Source: Octopus bimaculoides (Eukaryota). Taken from it: 64,000 bases of DNA. Shown here piece after piece: positions 1-13,295 of this stretch (its first letter is position 1; each line of letters begins with the position of its first letter). Below the pieces are notes generated by a model that was not told where the DNA came from, ran no database searches, and saw nothing but the letters and a program-made list of their open reading frames with translations. The stretch spans positions 137,332,429 to 137,396,428 of the forward strand of contig NC_068983.1 of NCBI RefSeq assembly GCF_001194135.2. The letters run 5' to 3'. A program made the position numbers and the translations under genes.

Positions 1-376
1 GCCAGTGCCCCTGGACTGGCTCTTGTGCAGGTGGCACATGAGATGCACCATTTTGAGCGTGGCCATTGCCAGTACTGCCTGACTGGCTCCCGTAGGATTT
101 TCGAGTGAGATCGTTGCCAGTGCCCCTGGACTGGCTTGTGCGGGTGGCACATAAAAGACACCATTTTGAGCGTGGCCGTTTTCGTGCGGGTGACACATAA
201 AAGCACCCACTACACTCTCTGAGTGGTTGGCGTTAGGAAGGGCATCCAGCTGTAGAAACTCTGCCAAATTAGATTGGAGCCTGGTGTTGCCATCCGGTTT
301 CACCAGTCCTAAGTCAAATCGTCCAACCCATGGTAGCATGGAAAGCGGACGTTAAACGATGATGATGATGATGATG
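1..376 (+). mobile_element. SINE 3' portion with internal tandem subrepeats and (GAT)n tail
   Basis: GGTTGGCGTTAGGAAGGGCATCCAGCTGTAGAAAC...CCAACCCATG..AGCATGGAAAGCGGACGTTAAACGATGATGAT. Related copies occur elsewhere in the window (26540-26745, 30688-31090, 34768-34822). Confidence 0.8.
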
Positions 377-3300
377 AGGCCCAAATAAGTGTTTTTGTGA
401 TGGTTTTTAGTGTTCAGGAGTACTGAAAACCCCTACAACACTGCTGATCATTCTCCTTAATATTATTATTATTAAGGGAAGTAGGTGGTTATAGAAATAG
501 TGCTTTGTGATATTGACTTATATTGGTTTTAAATTTTGGCACAAGGCCAGCAATTTCAAAGGAGAGAATAAATTGATTACAACAACCCAAGGGTTCAACT
601 AGTACTTATTTTCTTGACCAACCCCACTACCACCAAAGGTTGAAAGGCAAAGTTGACCTCAACAAAATTAGCATATTTACTTATATTCTTAGTTGAAATA
701 CCAGTGGTGTCAGTTTTGCATTCCCTCATTTTAGAGTTTATGAAGTATGCATTAATCATGTGTGTTGGAATAAATGCCTTGCAATATTTTTCTGGTACTT
801 TCTTCATTCTGATTTTAAATCCCACCAAGCCCAATTTTGCCTTTCATCCTTTTGGTGTCATTAAAATAATGTGCCAGTCAGGTACTGGTATAGATTTAAT
901 CAGTTAAACCGCCTATACTCCAAAATTTCAGGCCTTGCGTTTATGTTAGGAACAATAATTATATTACAGTCTCATCCTCTAATTTTTGTTTTCATTCTTT
1001 GCAGACTGCTATCATGAGTCAAGATTTTTTTTTAAAGACAGTTACTTCCTCCAGAATATTTCTTTCAACATTCATAGATTTTCTTCTACTGTAATTACTG
1101 TTTTGTTCACTGTAGTTGATGCTAACATTATTATTTTTTGAGGACATTAACCACATTGACAACTGAAGAATACTACATGGGTGGGAGCAAAATTCCAGAA
1201 AATAATATAAAAAACGTAATGAAAGAGAAAAATAACATTAGTTGGTGACCATTATAATTTTGTAATTGGTAACTATGAAAGACAACTCCAGATATTATAC
1301 CCTTGTTTAGGATTTTCAGTGGAACCATAATTTCATCTCCTCATACATGTTGAAGTGTTAGTGAGTGAATCACTAGCAGTTGTATATTTATTAGCAGAGA
1401 AAGGGTGGGAGTGGGAATTACATGATAATAATGGTTATGTTGGGTAAAATATTTTTTTATAGAACTTAACCTCTTTTCATACTAACCTGCCTGAGATTGT
1501 CTTTAGTTCTATGGTACAAACTTTTACTTAAATGTAATCTAAACCGTCCACCAAAATTTCATGTAAAGGTACCAGTTTAATATTGATAAAAGTTGTTTTA
1601 GTAAATTCTTCATTTTAAATTAATTGAAACAAAGGCAATATATTTCATCAAATTTGGTAACAAAAGGATTTAAAAGAAACTGAATCAAGTTTAAATTAGA
1701 AAATTGAAGTAAAATCACATATAACAATTAGGAAAGAGAACAATAAGCTAATGATATTTTGGATTGTATTGGCCACTCATGGATGTTTGATCATTTGTGA
1801 TGCCAAGAAATAAGGTTTTCTTCAATAAATTTGAAAGAAGTTAATCACTAAAGTCAGTTACAATTTCTTGCAAAATTTTATGATGTTTGATGTGTGCAGG
1901 GTTGGATTTATAGGGGGNNNNNNNNNNNNNNNNNNNNNNNNNNNNNNNNNNNNNNNNATTGCCCCAGGCATCTAGATATTGGGGACCCCTGCTAAGAAGG
2001 GTATGTAGCACTCAGTACAGGGAGCCGTCTACCACCTCCTAGCAATCGGGCATGAAGACATATCTTCTTAAAAAATGTAATGAATCCTCTTTTTATGATA
2101 AATAAAGACTTTGCCACCAAATAATTCAATTAAAAAACAGTTTATACCCAGTCCCAAAGCACTTAGAATTTGCAAGGGAATTGTAGCTGCTTTTGGGACA
2201 ACAGAGAAAAGGGAAACAACAGAACACCCCTGACTATGTATGTATGAGCGTGTTTGTGTGTGTAAGTATGAATGTATAAAGAGATTGATAGAAAAATGTT
2301 ATTGTCTCTAGGCGAGAAATTCTTCCAACACTGAGCTTGACCTTAGCTTGACCAATAGCGGTTGAAGGCACTGACACATACATTTCTACTTCTCAACTGG
2401 TCTTATTTTATGAAGCAAGTAAATAAAAAAAAAAACTTTTGAATTTAGTTTTAATGATAAAATTACATCTCTCAACAGCTAAAAGCATTGTATTTCAGCT
2501 TTAGAATTATTGCATATATATTCGAATGCTTCATTAAATAGAACCTTTTTCTTTCTTATTTTTTGCCATTCTGTCAAACACTTGGAATTACTATATGGAA
2601 GTGGGGCAAAATTGGTAACTAGGTCAAAATGAATAATTTCTGATTTCTTATTTTCCCTCATTTTGTACCATTCCATCATCTTTGGGAGTAAAATTTGGTC
2701 AGTATAGGTTATGTAGTTGGGAGTAAAAATTGGTCAGTATATTTTACATCAGGGGTTCTCAACTGGGGTCCATACAAAATTTCTGGAGGTCCTCAGATGG
2801 AATGCAGTAAATTGGTTGTCCACAAAAATTTTTCAGGGGTTATGAAAAATTGTGCTTTAGACCAGTAGTTTTCAATGTGGACCCTGCACAATGGTGTACT
2901 GAGACTAAGAAACTTGTTTAAAAAACACCCTGAAATATGTTGCTAGAAATTCTATCTTTACTAATTTATTTACTAGTTTACTTTTCAAAACAAGAATAAA
3001 GAAAAAATGGGAAGCCATTTAAAAAAGGAATTTTTAAAATCCACGTCTTTTAAATGTTGGTATCTCCCCCCACTCTTTCTCTCTCACATACTTATTATAT
3101 CTTTGGAACAACAACAACCACAAAAATTATTTGCTTCTTTTTCGTAATTTTCTGTCATTCATAGTGAAAGAAAAGTGAAACACTGCAAATAGCTGTGTGA
3201 TAAATGAAATTTGAATATTGAAAAAGTGTATCTATAAAGTGACATTTTCAGTCATCATCAAATTAAATTATTTGAAATAGATGGGTTTTGAGATTTAAAT

Positions 3301-4418
3301 TTGGTAATTTTCTAAGATTTTGATTCTTGTGTATAAGGGGCCCACCAAACATGACGTGCCCCCCCCCCCATGTTTTAAATCCAGTCCTCTGTGTATGTGT
3401 GTAAATGAGTTAGACTACTGTTTGTGTTTAACAGTGGCAGTAGTGATGGTTGTAGTTATTTATTGTGGAGGCAATAAGTCAGCTGTTAGACTAATTGTTT
3501 TATGTCAGCATATTCACTTCAAATGAGATCTTTAGCTACTATGATAGTGTATGTTGATTTTTGCTGATTAGTTGAATGCATTATCATCGTTATACATTTA
3601 ATACATATCAACCCTGATAGATTAGAAGTTTTAACTCCTGGTATGATTAGATCTCACCAGAATAAATCGTAATTTAAATGGTATATCTAATTATAAATCA
3701 GTAAGTGAAACAATGAAATGATTTTAGGCTCTTTGGAAGAAGTCTCACATTTCAGACAAAACCCTTCAATGCTTTCATAGTAGTAGCTTAGCAAGGGCTT
3801 TCAGTGTTCAGGAGAGCACTTGAATTGACAAGTGTGATAGGCCAGCGGAATTTTTAATTAACAAGTATGATAAGCCAGAGGAATTTTTGCATCCAGGAAG
3901 AGGGAGCAGGCTCTCATTCTCTTGCAACATCTGTTTCATAGTAAGCAGATGTAAAAAAGAAAAAGAAAAAAAGTAATATAAATATATAAAATAGACATAT
4001 ATTTTTAAGACTGCACACACTATGCCATTCCTTTTTATAAGAAATCCAAATTTATAACCTAACAAGTTTTGAAGAAATTATTTAAAATTTTAGTATTATT
4101 GTTCCATTTTTATTTACTGTTGAGAGATTGGCAATAGGAAGGGCATCCAAATAAAACAGTAAAAATAATAAAGCTTAATATTTCTCATTTTATTCCACTC
4201 CCTTTAAGATTTTGTTCAGACAGAGATGCTGTCCAGTTAAAATTTATGCAGACGTTTATTATACTAAAACATTTTTGGTCATACCAACTGTTAGTTGGGT
4301 TAGGATTAATTATTCCAAATAGTAATTTTAGAATAAAACAACGTGACAGCAAAACATTAATGTGAAAGTACGAGAGTTATCGAGTTTTTAAACCATTCAA
4401 ATAGCTTTTATCAACAGA

Positions 4419-4445
4419 CCAATGAGAAGCGGGTAGACGGTAGAA
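4419..4445 (+). promoter_or_regulatory. CCAAT-box-containing element upstream of THAP module A
   Basis: CCAATGAGAAGCGGGTAG is conserved as CCAATCAGAAGCAGGTAG at 13147 upstream of module B, while surrounding DNA has diverged. Confidence 0.5.
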
Positions 4446-4600
4446 GGCGGTGGTCTACATGAGATTGTCTCTTTATTATATATTTTTTTGCTAGTATTTG
4501 ATAGCGTCTGATACGTGACAATAATCCGTGCTAGATCGCCAAATTGGCCTTCATTTTCAATTCTGAGGCTCGCTAGTTCTTTTCTTTATTGTTCGCCACA

Positions 4601-4841
4601 ATGCCGGCTAACTGTATAGTGAAAGGCTGTCGCTCCATTCAGAAGAAAGGCGGGCCGATTAGCTTCTACCGACTACCATGGAAAAATGTCCGTTTAAGAA
4701 ATGAGTGGATACGACGCGCTGGTTATGATCCGAATAATTACGATGAAGTGAAGCACATTAGTCGTGACCATCGAGTATGCAGCAGGCATTTTTGGAACAA
4801 CCGCAAGGAAAGTCCTTATGATCTACCGACGTTTTATTTGG
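4601..4841 (+). CDS. THAP zinc-finger module A, putative first coding exon (80 codons + 1 nt, phase-1 donor)
   Basis: ATG 4601: MPANCIVKGC...W...VCSRHF...LPTFYLG carries the THAP C2CH signature with conserved W, F and P. Donor G|GTAAAG at 4841/4842; the unspliced frame stops 6 codons later. About 90% aa identical to module B. Confidence 0.9.
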
Positions 4842-5044
4842 GTAAAGAAACTATCTATTAAAACTTGGTTTTCTTTCCTTTTTTTAATATAATTTTCACT
4901 CTTTACCCCTCTCGTTTCTCTTCTCTTTTCCTCTATCTATTTTGTGATAATGAAAACGACTAAGTAGCTTAACACACATACACACATACAAAAACGAATT
5001 TTGTGTATATGTCGTCGGCGTCCTGAAATTTCTACCTCAATTTC

Positions 5045-5077
5045 ATTGGTCGATGAAGCTAAGTTATCGTGACGTCA
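5045..5077. promoter_or_regulatory. Reverse CCAAT (ATTGG) + CRE palindrome downstream of THAP module A
   Basis: ATTGG 5045-5049 and TGACGTCA 5070-5077; the same pair occurs at 13755-13790 after module B. Confidence 0.45.
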
Positions 5078-6110
5078 CACGAGTTTGAGTGGGGATGAGT
5101 GCTTATACTTCCAGCGCTTGATCAAGCGTGGAAGTAAATGAGTTATGCTGTGTATGATCACTTTCATTTGTTTACAAATATAAAATATTAATAAGCTAGC
5201 ATTAGTAAACAGCGATTAGCCTCATACGATAATGCACACTCACACACATATATATGTATGCGTATGAGTTTAAAACATTGAGAAAGCACTCAGTACATAT
5301 ATATTTATCGGTATGAGTTGATGTTAAAGGTAACTGTTCCCAAATAACAATACTGATTTCAATGAGATGTGTTGTGTTCTAATGATAGCAATGTAAATTG
5401 ATCAATGGAACGTTTCAGTTAGTTTATACTTTAACCCTATAATACCGATGTCATGCTGGAGGCTCTAACGCCAATAGACTATCAACTAATTTATTGTTTA
5501 CCTTTTATATCGGTCTGGTAGAGATACAGAATAAACTGATGCATACCTCAGATATTTCCCCTCGTTTTTTCTTTTAAGCATCTATATATTCCTTTCTGTC
5601 AGAGAATTTTATATATAATAACTGTCCTGCATTAAGATTTTTAAAAGATTTAATTTCTTAAGATGAGGATAATAGTCCGAAAACTATAATCTTATTCATA
5701 TCTCAGCTTCGAATTTAGATATGTTAGCTATTATGTTTAATTTAAACTTCTAATATGTGCGATAGAATTTGATGCACCAGTATTTTTCATCATACATGAA
5801 GTTCAGAAGGAAATAGTTTAGGGATTGAAAAGGGAGCTAGTTTAGGGATCGAAAGAGTGACAAATCTAATAAAAATTCAGAAGAGTGACAAAACTGTTTG
5901 GGAAGGGTTCAAACATAAAACTTTTTCATTGGTAATTCACTTCATAATCCTGTAATATTAGGCATACAATTATTGACTTAACCGTAACCGTTAAAATAAA
6001 AGGATTAGAGTGTTTTTAGGAAAATAGTTCTGTTGAGTCTGGAGGATTTGGCCGTTTATTCAAATGTCAATAGCGAAGTTTTATTTTTTTTTATTATCGT
6101 TTTGTCTATA

Positions 6111-6341
6111 ATGGATGAATACAAATTTGCCAAATCCCAGAAAGGTAAGGACAAACTATCCTTTAGGGAGCACACCTACCGACACCAACGATCTCGGGAC
6201 TAGAATCATTACTTCAGGTGCGAGGACAACATCTTTAGTGGTTCTGTAACCCTTCGTGGAGTTCAACTTTTTAATGCACATGGTGGTTGGGTATCCGAGA
6301 GAAAAAAAAGCACATAGTCATGCACCGCTTCCAGAGAGAAA
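6111..6341 (+). pseudogene. Decayed FLYWCH-type zinc-finger module (MULE transposase-related)
   Basis: MDEYKFAKSQKGKDKLSFREHTYRHQRSRD*NHYFRCEDNIFSGSVTL, then HSHAP in the +1 frame after an A-run. Matches the FLYWCH pattern (F.KSQ.GK.KL...Y.Y....YWRC...C...H.H.P). In-frame TAG at 6201-6203, second Cys apparently replaced by Phe, frameshift near 6301-6310, GTAAGT donor at 6342. Confidence 0.65.
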
Positions 6342-7302
6342 GTAAGTAATACAAGCTCTTGATGAACTGAAAAGTAAGGATTGACACAAACATAAAAGCA
6401 AAAAGAAATTGCAATACCTTCCTCTTCGGGGGATGTAATATTAACTTAAAAACATGTAATGTCACTCTTTTGAAGGGATCCCATCCTAAACACGTAGTTG
6501 ATGCATTTTCCATCACGGATATTTTTTTCTTCGTGTCATTTCTTGTTCTTATCCCGATATATATATATATATATATATTATATTTGTATATGTCTTTCTT
6601 TCTGTCTCTAAACTAAAGGCATATCTTATCCATCGCTTGTTGATAAACATGTCCCAAATAAATATTATTTCCTCTTACATCACTAGAAATTAACTCACCA
6701 GATGTCCCCAAATTAAGAATTAAAGGCTTGTAATAACGAGAATAACATGAGATATTTAAAAGTTTATTCTGTTTGGTTTAACCTTTTTATCCTTAGAACT
6801 TTTCTCAGAACTAAGTTTTACGCACCTCATTTGAAATGAACACAACGTTGAATATTGAGTCAATTATTCCCAACTTTATACTTTATTGAGAAATCAACTC
6901 TTATTTTCTCACTGAATTAATACATTGCCTTCCAAAACTTATCATGCTGTTGCACGAACAATTCTTACATTTTCGGTAAATCAATTTCCTTACGAATTTT
7001 ACATTTGGTTGAAATAATTTTCGTTTTAATGATTGTGTACAAAAAAATATTTACCTACTTACTATTCTAAGGCAAAATTTAAATATTGGCCTCGAAAGTA
7101 CTTTCCATGTAAAGGAACGTTTTGTATCATTCCAGTTCGTTAAAAGAATCTATCAAGTTATAATTGCAAGTTCAGCTACATTAAGGGGAGAAAAAGTGAA
7201 CTGAAATCGGGAGTTATCGTCCATTCATTCAATATCATAAGGTGGCGCTGCAAACTGTTTGGATAGCTGTGTAAGCAACAAAGGCAGACTTTAGTGTTTA
7301 TC

Positions 7303-7546
7303 ATGGGTCGAGCACGAAAATCATTCTCTGCTAAACAGAAGTTGAAAGTGATAGCCTATGCCGAAATACATGGGAACCGAGCTGCTGGTCGACAATTCAC
7401 TGTCGATGAGAAATCGGTCAGAGAATGGCGAAAGCAGAAAGATAAGCTCGAGAAACTGCCGAAAGTAAATACAGCTGATGATAACATGCAAGCAAAAGAA
7501 TGGCTGTGTGCTATGCAGAAATGCTGTTTATACATACCGAAATACG
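7303..7546 (+). CDS. Brinker-type HTH DNA-binding module A (pogo transposase N-terminus-like), putative first coding exon
   Basis: ATG 7303: MGRARKSFSAKQKLKVIAYAEIHGNRAAGRQFTVDEKSVREWRKQKDKL, the typical R.SY...FKL.V...A...GNR.AAR.F.V....VR.WRK pattern. The 3' boundary is uncertain: AAA|GTAAAT at 7464/7465 (phase 0) or ACG|GTACTT at 7546/7547 (phase 1); ORF stop at 7602. Confidence 0.75.
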
Positions 7547-9283
7547 GTACTTATAAGTTCTGCTTCTCACTTCATAACTTCTGTGTACACATATATGCAT
7601 GAGTGTATATGTATCTATTTGTGTGTATTTGTATATTGGTTGTTATTTTTTCCCCTTCTTTCACTATGTGCCAGAATTGGTAAGAATTATTCTATAGTAA
7701 AATTTTACCGATCATGCCCTACAGATTTGCGTAAGCTGGAAAATTTAAGAATGTATTAGGTTTATTTGTTATTCATTATATTCGTTCGTTATATTCCACT
7801 GCTACTGAATTTCGTTTTACCATAATATATTAATGTTAGTCTCTTCTTGGGTTGCATTGAGAATTAAAAAAAAAAGTTAAACATCCCAATCAGCTTTCTT
7901 ATATCATGTATGACTACAGGGGCTAAACAACAATATTCTAAATGAGATTGAAAAAATAGAGGGAATAAAATGGATACCTAGATCACTTAGACAATATTGT
8001 AGTGATTAAACGCAAATTTTGAGTGAAAAACGAGATGATTATTCACATTTCTAGTGGCTTGGGCAACAAACTTGTGCTTCTTAGTATCTTCTCAAAAATC
8101 TTTAGGGAGATTTTCAATCTGGTAAGGAGTTAACATCTACACTTGAGAATATACATTTTTAAAATTAATTGCTTGATGTTAGTCTTGTTATGGTTGTTTC
8201 CTTTTTACTGTATGATGCTAGGGATTGTATTCGACAAACTTAGATCTACTGTAGTAAAGTAGTTGTTCCGAGAGAGATTTTGGGAACAAGCTGATGAATT
8301 AAGGTCCTGATAATTGCTTAGAAATATCGACCTTTTGTTTTTATTTTCGTGACCAGTACGTTTGTATTTGACATTCTACGTTTTACTATGTTTTTCTCCA
8401 ACGTCCCTGGGGGTTTTGCTTGTTTTACTGAAAAAGTCGTGAAACGAGCTTTCAAAATTCTTTGTTAGTGGTGGGATTTCTTAAACAGAAAAAAAAACCC
8501 AACCAACAGAAGGTTGATAATTGCATCCAAATTTTTTTTGTACAGATCAATGCCATTGAATAGTATATGTTCTTGGTTGAAAGTGTTTCCGGTATGGAAT
8601 CTTTGAAACTAAGCTTGCAATGCCAAATGACTACTATTGAACGTTATTAAATCTGTGTAAAATTAATATAAATAAACAAAAAACACATCGATGATTTTCG
8701 TTGGCATAAAAAATATCTCGCTATTACCACTTTCTTCAGTTATTCCTTTTCGGGGTTTTACTAAAATCCGTACTTACCTCCCTTGTTCCATTTAACTGCA
8801 TAGCGAACCACTCAGTTTTATGTGCACCTTGTTGAAAACCTGTAGAAATAACTTTGATTCACTCTAAAACAAGACGTGTATGACGTTGGAATGGTCATGA
8901 CTTTTACAAAAGTATTAGTGGCACCTGAGAACTGTTCGAGTATAGAATCAAAGGTGGATTGTGAATTTAGCTATAAATTTTACCTTACAAAAATTTCACC
9001 ACAGACATTTAATGACATGCGTGGATGACGTGTGTATAGGAAAAGCTTCTGAAAGTTGGTTCATTAGAGTAGTGTGTTCAATGAGCTTGAGAACATTTGG
9101 TAGGGTATAGTTACATGAAGATTTTAATTGTAGCATACTGATAAAGGTGACTACAAAGTACACTATTGTATTACAGTGATGGTAGAGATTGTTTTAATGC
9201 TTTTCTTATTTTGATTTTGTCAGTAGAATTAAAAATGATGCTTCCAAATACATGGAGCATTATGAGTTTGGTGGGAAGTATGT

Positions 9284-9510
9284 TTAACCCTGTTGCATTT
9301 AAACTGGCCATATCTGGCCAAATAATTTACCTGCTTTACCTTCAAATTAGCCAGACCTGTCCTCACACACATGGCCTACAATGTTATTCTAATCATAAAT
9401 AATCATGTCATTAAAATCTCAAAGCTCTATGGCAATGCACGATTAATTCATATCAATATGAATAGATAAGCATTATATTTGTCAGAGAAATCTGAATGCT
9501 AAAGGGTTAA
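9284..9510. mobile_element. TTAA-flanked (piggyBac-like) MITE
   Basis: TTAACCCTGTTGCATT...AATGCTAAAGGGTTAA ends; an inverted relative is at 20573-20804. Confidence 0.65.
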
Positions 9511-9889
9511 CGTTTTCCCCATTGCATTAATGATATTAATGAAACGGTTCTTATTGACACAGTCTTCTTAGTGCATCTTAACTCTGACATATCTATATTT
9601 GTTCAAAACTACATACTTACTAAGTGCATATTTAATTATATAAGTAGAAGTTTGTTTCTTCTTTTTATACAAATGAATTGTTTTTCCTATATTTATACCT
9701 TTCTTATATAGAATGTAAATTGTGTCTCTAAATCTATTTTAGATATTATTTCATTTCATCATATTTCATTATTTTCAACTTCTGAATGAATCAAAACTAA
9801 CCTGAACAAAATTGTCATCTAATTGATCTATATAAAATCATCTATTGCAATAGAAGATTATTATTTATATAAGAGTAGAATATGATACC

Positions 9890-10650
9890 TTTTGTCACAT
9901 GTCATGCAGGACAGCAGCAATTAATTAGCTGCAATCTACTCTAAATGGATTCTTTCATTATGATTTACTTGATTTCGTGCATTCCAAAAGTATCCAACTT
10001 TATTTTTTCCTACTAAAACTAATGTCATGTGGGCAAAATCATCTGGATGGGAGGTAACACCACGTTTTCTGTGCATGCATGAAAATTTTCACGCAGGCAA
10101 GCCATGTCATTTCCCAGCTGTTGTGCTTAGAATACAGGCATGTAGTATCTTCTTATCAGATTTTCCTTTTCACAAAAGATGACTATACGCATCGAGCAGA
10201 GACCATAAACCCATGTCTCATCATGGTTTTACACACTCCAGCATGTCCTGAGTGATTTCCATGCTTCTGCATTTTGGGGGTGAATTTCACTGACACTATT
10301 TGCATGCACAAATCTTGTTAAAATGGAATGCACTGAACTTGTGCTTGTTCACACTTTGTGAGCAATTTCCTAGCTTGTTACACAAGCTTGTTTTAGACTA
10401 TTTGCCAGACCTTCTGAATGAGCTCCTCATTTCAGCTTGTGGATGGCCTACCTGAGCATGCCTTGCTCTTCACTGAGGTGCAGTCATGTTTGAAGTGCTT
10501 GTTATCATAGATCATTAATATGTCTTGTCAAATAGTTGCTATGATGCTACCTGTATTGAAAGCCATGCACTACATGTCACAAAATATAACTGTATGGTTG
10601 TGTTTGAACCAATGGTCAATCATTTCATGCAAAAATCAACCTGTGCAACC
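9890..10650 (-). mobile_element. Degraded mariner-family transposase relic
   Basis: The minus strand encodes remnants HDETWVYG and a P..DDFAPHD-like (SPDLAPxDF) motif amid stops and frameshifts. TIRs not resolved; boundaries approximate. Confidence 0.6.
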
Positions 10651-12218
10651 ACCTTGCTATTTTGCTCTGTATATTCAAATGTTTACCAGGTCCCAAGGCA
10701 GCCATTGTATATCATATATGTGTCACACTTTACAATCAATATTAGTCTTTTGAATATATTATTGATGGAGTAAATTATTTAGTATGCAGTACTGTGCTGA
10801 AGGAGTAAGCTCTCCTTTTAACCCAGAACTACAAAGTATACATTTTTAATGTGCATGAGTTAAGAAAACATCACTATTAAAGGACAGTTGATGGTTTCAT
10901 CAGTAGAGCCTATAACAAAATGCTTTGAGGTATGTAAGCTATGTTTCCTTATATTGTAGCTTCAAATCGCCCCAGTATCAACTTTGCACTTTATCTTTTC
11001 AGTGTTATAACAATTAACTATATTGTCTCATAAAATTAGTTTTTTTTGTAGCCAAATTAGAAATCAATATAATAATGACTAAATGTCAGATTAGATTGAG
11101 GACTTGATTTATATCTGTAACTGTTGTTGTTTAGCTCAAAGTCAGTCCAGATCAAAGCAGATCTATGACTAGAGTTATTCCAACCATGACCTACCCATTG
11201 TTTTCCTTTAATCTGAAGGCTCAGAACAACATTATCTAATGAGTATTTTGTAAGATAATACTGTGTGATTTGGGGGGATTTTCTTGCTATTTCAAACAGA
11301 CCATGTGACCAGTCTGTGGCTCTTAAGAACGGTGTATAACAGAGATTCTTGTTTTGAAGCCACTAAGTGTATTCTACTGCCATCTAGTTGAGGTCTATAC
11401 TGTGCACTCTGACATTTATTGGTTTATGTGCAACATGAAAGTCTGGATATAATCGATCTGTTCTAGTAACTACAGTCAAGGTAAACTCAATTGATTCATG
11501 ACAGTTGCTGTTCCTTTGCATTGCCATTCATGATGTGCATCTCAGCATGTTCTTCTGCACTAATAAGGCTATTGATGCTGCAATTTTTATAAATCTGTGA
11601 TTAATCTAATGTATTACTTGCAGGATTAGTGTTGAATAATTTTTGGGGGGGCTAATCAAAGGTCATAAGGTTTGCAGGTGCTCATTGACTGGTGAGATGA
11701 ATGCAGTTGATGTTAATGTTGAAAAAAAAAAAAAAACTGGTCTATGACTGCAGAGAACTTCTGAGTGATGTTTGCTTAGCATTTTGCTTTCTTTACTGTC
11801 TACTATTTGTACTATAAATATCTTAGAGGCATAACATACAATTACTGATATTTTTGTTTTTGTGTATCTATAATATTGAGTATGATGGATACTTTTATTT
11901 GATTTTGCTGGTGAGGGATGCAGTGGAACTGGTATGTGCTTCTTTTCATTTAATTGTTTGGAAACAACTAAGTGGTTGGAGCAGATGTTTGGGAATGGCA
12001 GGATTTGAGTGATATCTTGTACAATTATAAAGATGGGTGACTGAGAGAATATATCTTTGTTGTATACCATTAAGTAATTTGTAGGTTTTGATCTCATATT
12101 ATTGTATTCTGTATAGGTTTGGTGTTCTTAGAGTTAATATTAAAATGTATGAACCCGAAGTTAAAATTCTAGTTCTGACAGAGACTATGCACTTGCAAAA
12201 TACGTTTCAAAACAAAAA

Positions 12219-12680
12219 CGTTTGCGCCTCTGCTAGTCGGGTCTCTTCATACGTATATCTGAAACTCCCCTCACCCGCCAATTCCTCTTTGTGGAGTTGG
12301 CCTCAAGCACCAGACCATGCAGAGCCCCCAAATCCCATTTCCGAAACCAGCTTAAAACCACTCTCCTCCGCTGCTCCATTGACCCAAATACCTGGGAGAC
12401 AATCGCCAAGGACCGCCCAAAGTGGCAGCGTGTCATCGTCAAGGGATCGAACCAGATGGAAAATAACAGGTATCAAGAGGCAGAGATCAGACGTCGAAGA
12501 CGCAAACAGTGACTCGCACTACCTACCCACCGCCGGCCAATCCTCTGCGATAATTGCCCCCAGCTCTTCTATACCTGAACAGCCACCTCAGGCATCGGCA
12601 CCCTTCGCGTCCATCAGGATAAAGAGTCCTAATCACTCGCTACAGATTAACTACTCGGATATGATTTAATGCCAATGACG
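12219..12680 (+). mobile_element. RTE-type LINE 3' fragment
   Basis: RQFLFVELASSTRPCRAPKSHFRNQLKTTLLRCSIDPNTWETIAKDRPKW matches the RTE RT C-terminus (RLPKQLLYGEL...GRP..RFKD.LK...ID...WE..A.DR..W), followed by a decayed Cys-His tail. GC-rich against background. Confidence 0.8.
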
Positions 12681-13146
12681 ACGGCATTGAAAAAGTGGAT
12701 TACTGAAGTGATTGCAAAAATAATTTTTATTTTGCATGAACATCGGCACTTTTGTTATTAATTTTATCAGTCCTAAATATATAGTTTCAGTGAGGTATAT
12801 CTGTTTCAGTTAGTTTAATTACATAATTAATACGTAAGGTATTTAGTGTGTATTATCGAATGAATAATGTATCAATCCTTCTGTGATCTTAAGAAAAGAA
12901 TTACGTTAAGTACTTGTTATATCTTCCATTGTTTCTCTCTGGAAGAATTTGTGATTTGAACATTATAAATTTAATCGCGACAAACGGAAATTTATCAATT
13001 CCACTTGTAGATTAAAATATACGTTCTATTTTTAAAATTAATTTTTTATGATTGCTATTCTTAATATATTCTAAATTAAGGTGGAATTTTGAAAAGATGC
13101 GGGTGTTAGTGAGTTTCTATGCCGTTTAAATAGTTCTATCGACCAA

Positions 13147-13170
13147 CCAATCAGAAGCAGGTAGATTGGT
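13147..13170 (+). promoter_or_regulatory. CCAAT-box-containing element upstream of THAP module B
   Basis: Paralogous to 4419-4445; about 150 nt upstream of the ATG. Confidence 0.5.
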
Positions 13171-13295
13171 GGTTTACACGACGTATCTTTAGGGTATTTT
13201 TCCTTTTGCCGTTGCAGATGTCATCTCGAAATTTACAAAAATTCATGTAGGCTCGCTGATTTGCATAACTGGTTTTATTCTGCGGTTTGCTACAA

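Noticed and set aside
2749-2885. hAT/Charlie-like termini (CAGGGGTTCTCAAC, CAGTAGTTTTCAA)
   Set aside because: Both are in the same orientation with no matching inverted end or TSD found.
7236-7250. CTCF-like motif CATAAGGTGGCGCTG upstream of Brinker module A, tempting as an analogue of the protocadherin promoter element
   Set aside because: Only the 3' half matches, and I could not find a convincing counterpart upstream of the other modules, so it does not support a shared element.
12088-12669. 193-aa ORF
   Set aside because: Off-frame read-through of the GC-rich RTE LINE fragment; the informative frame is 12291-12512.
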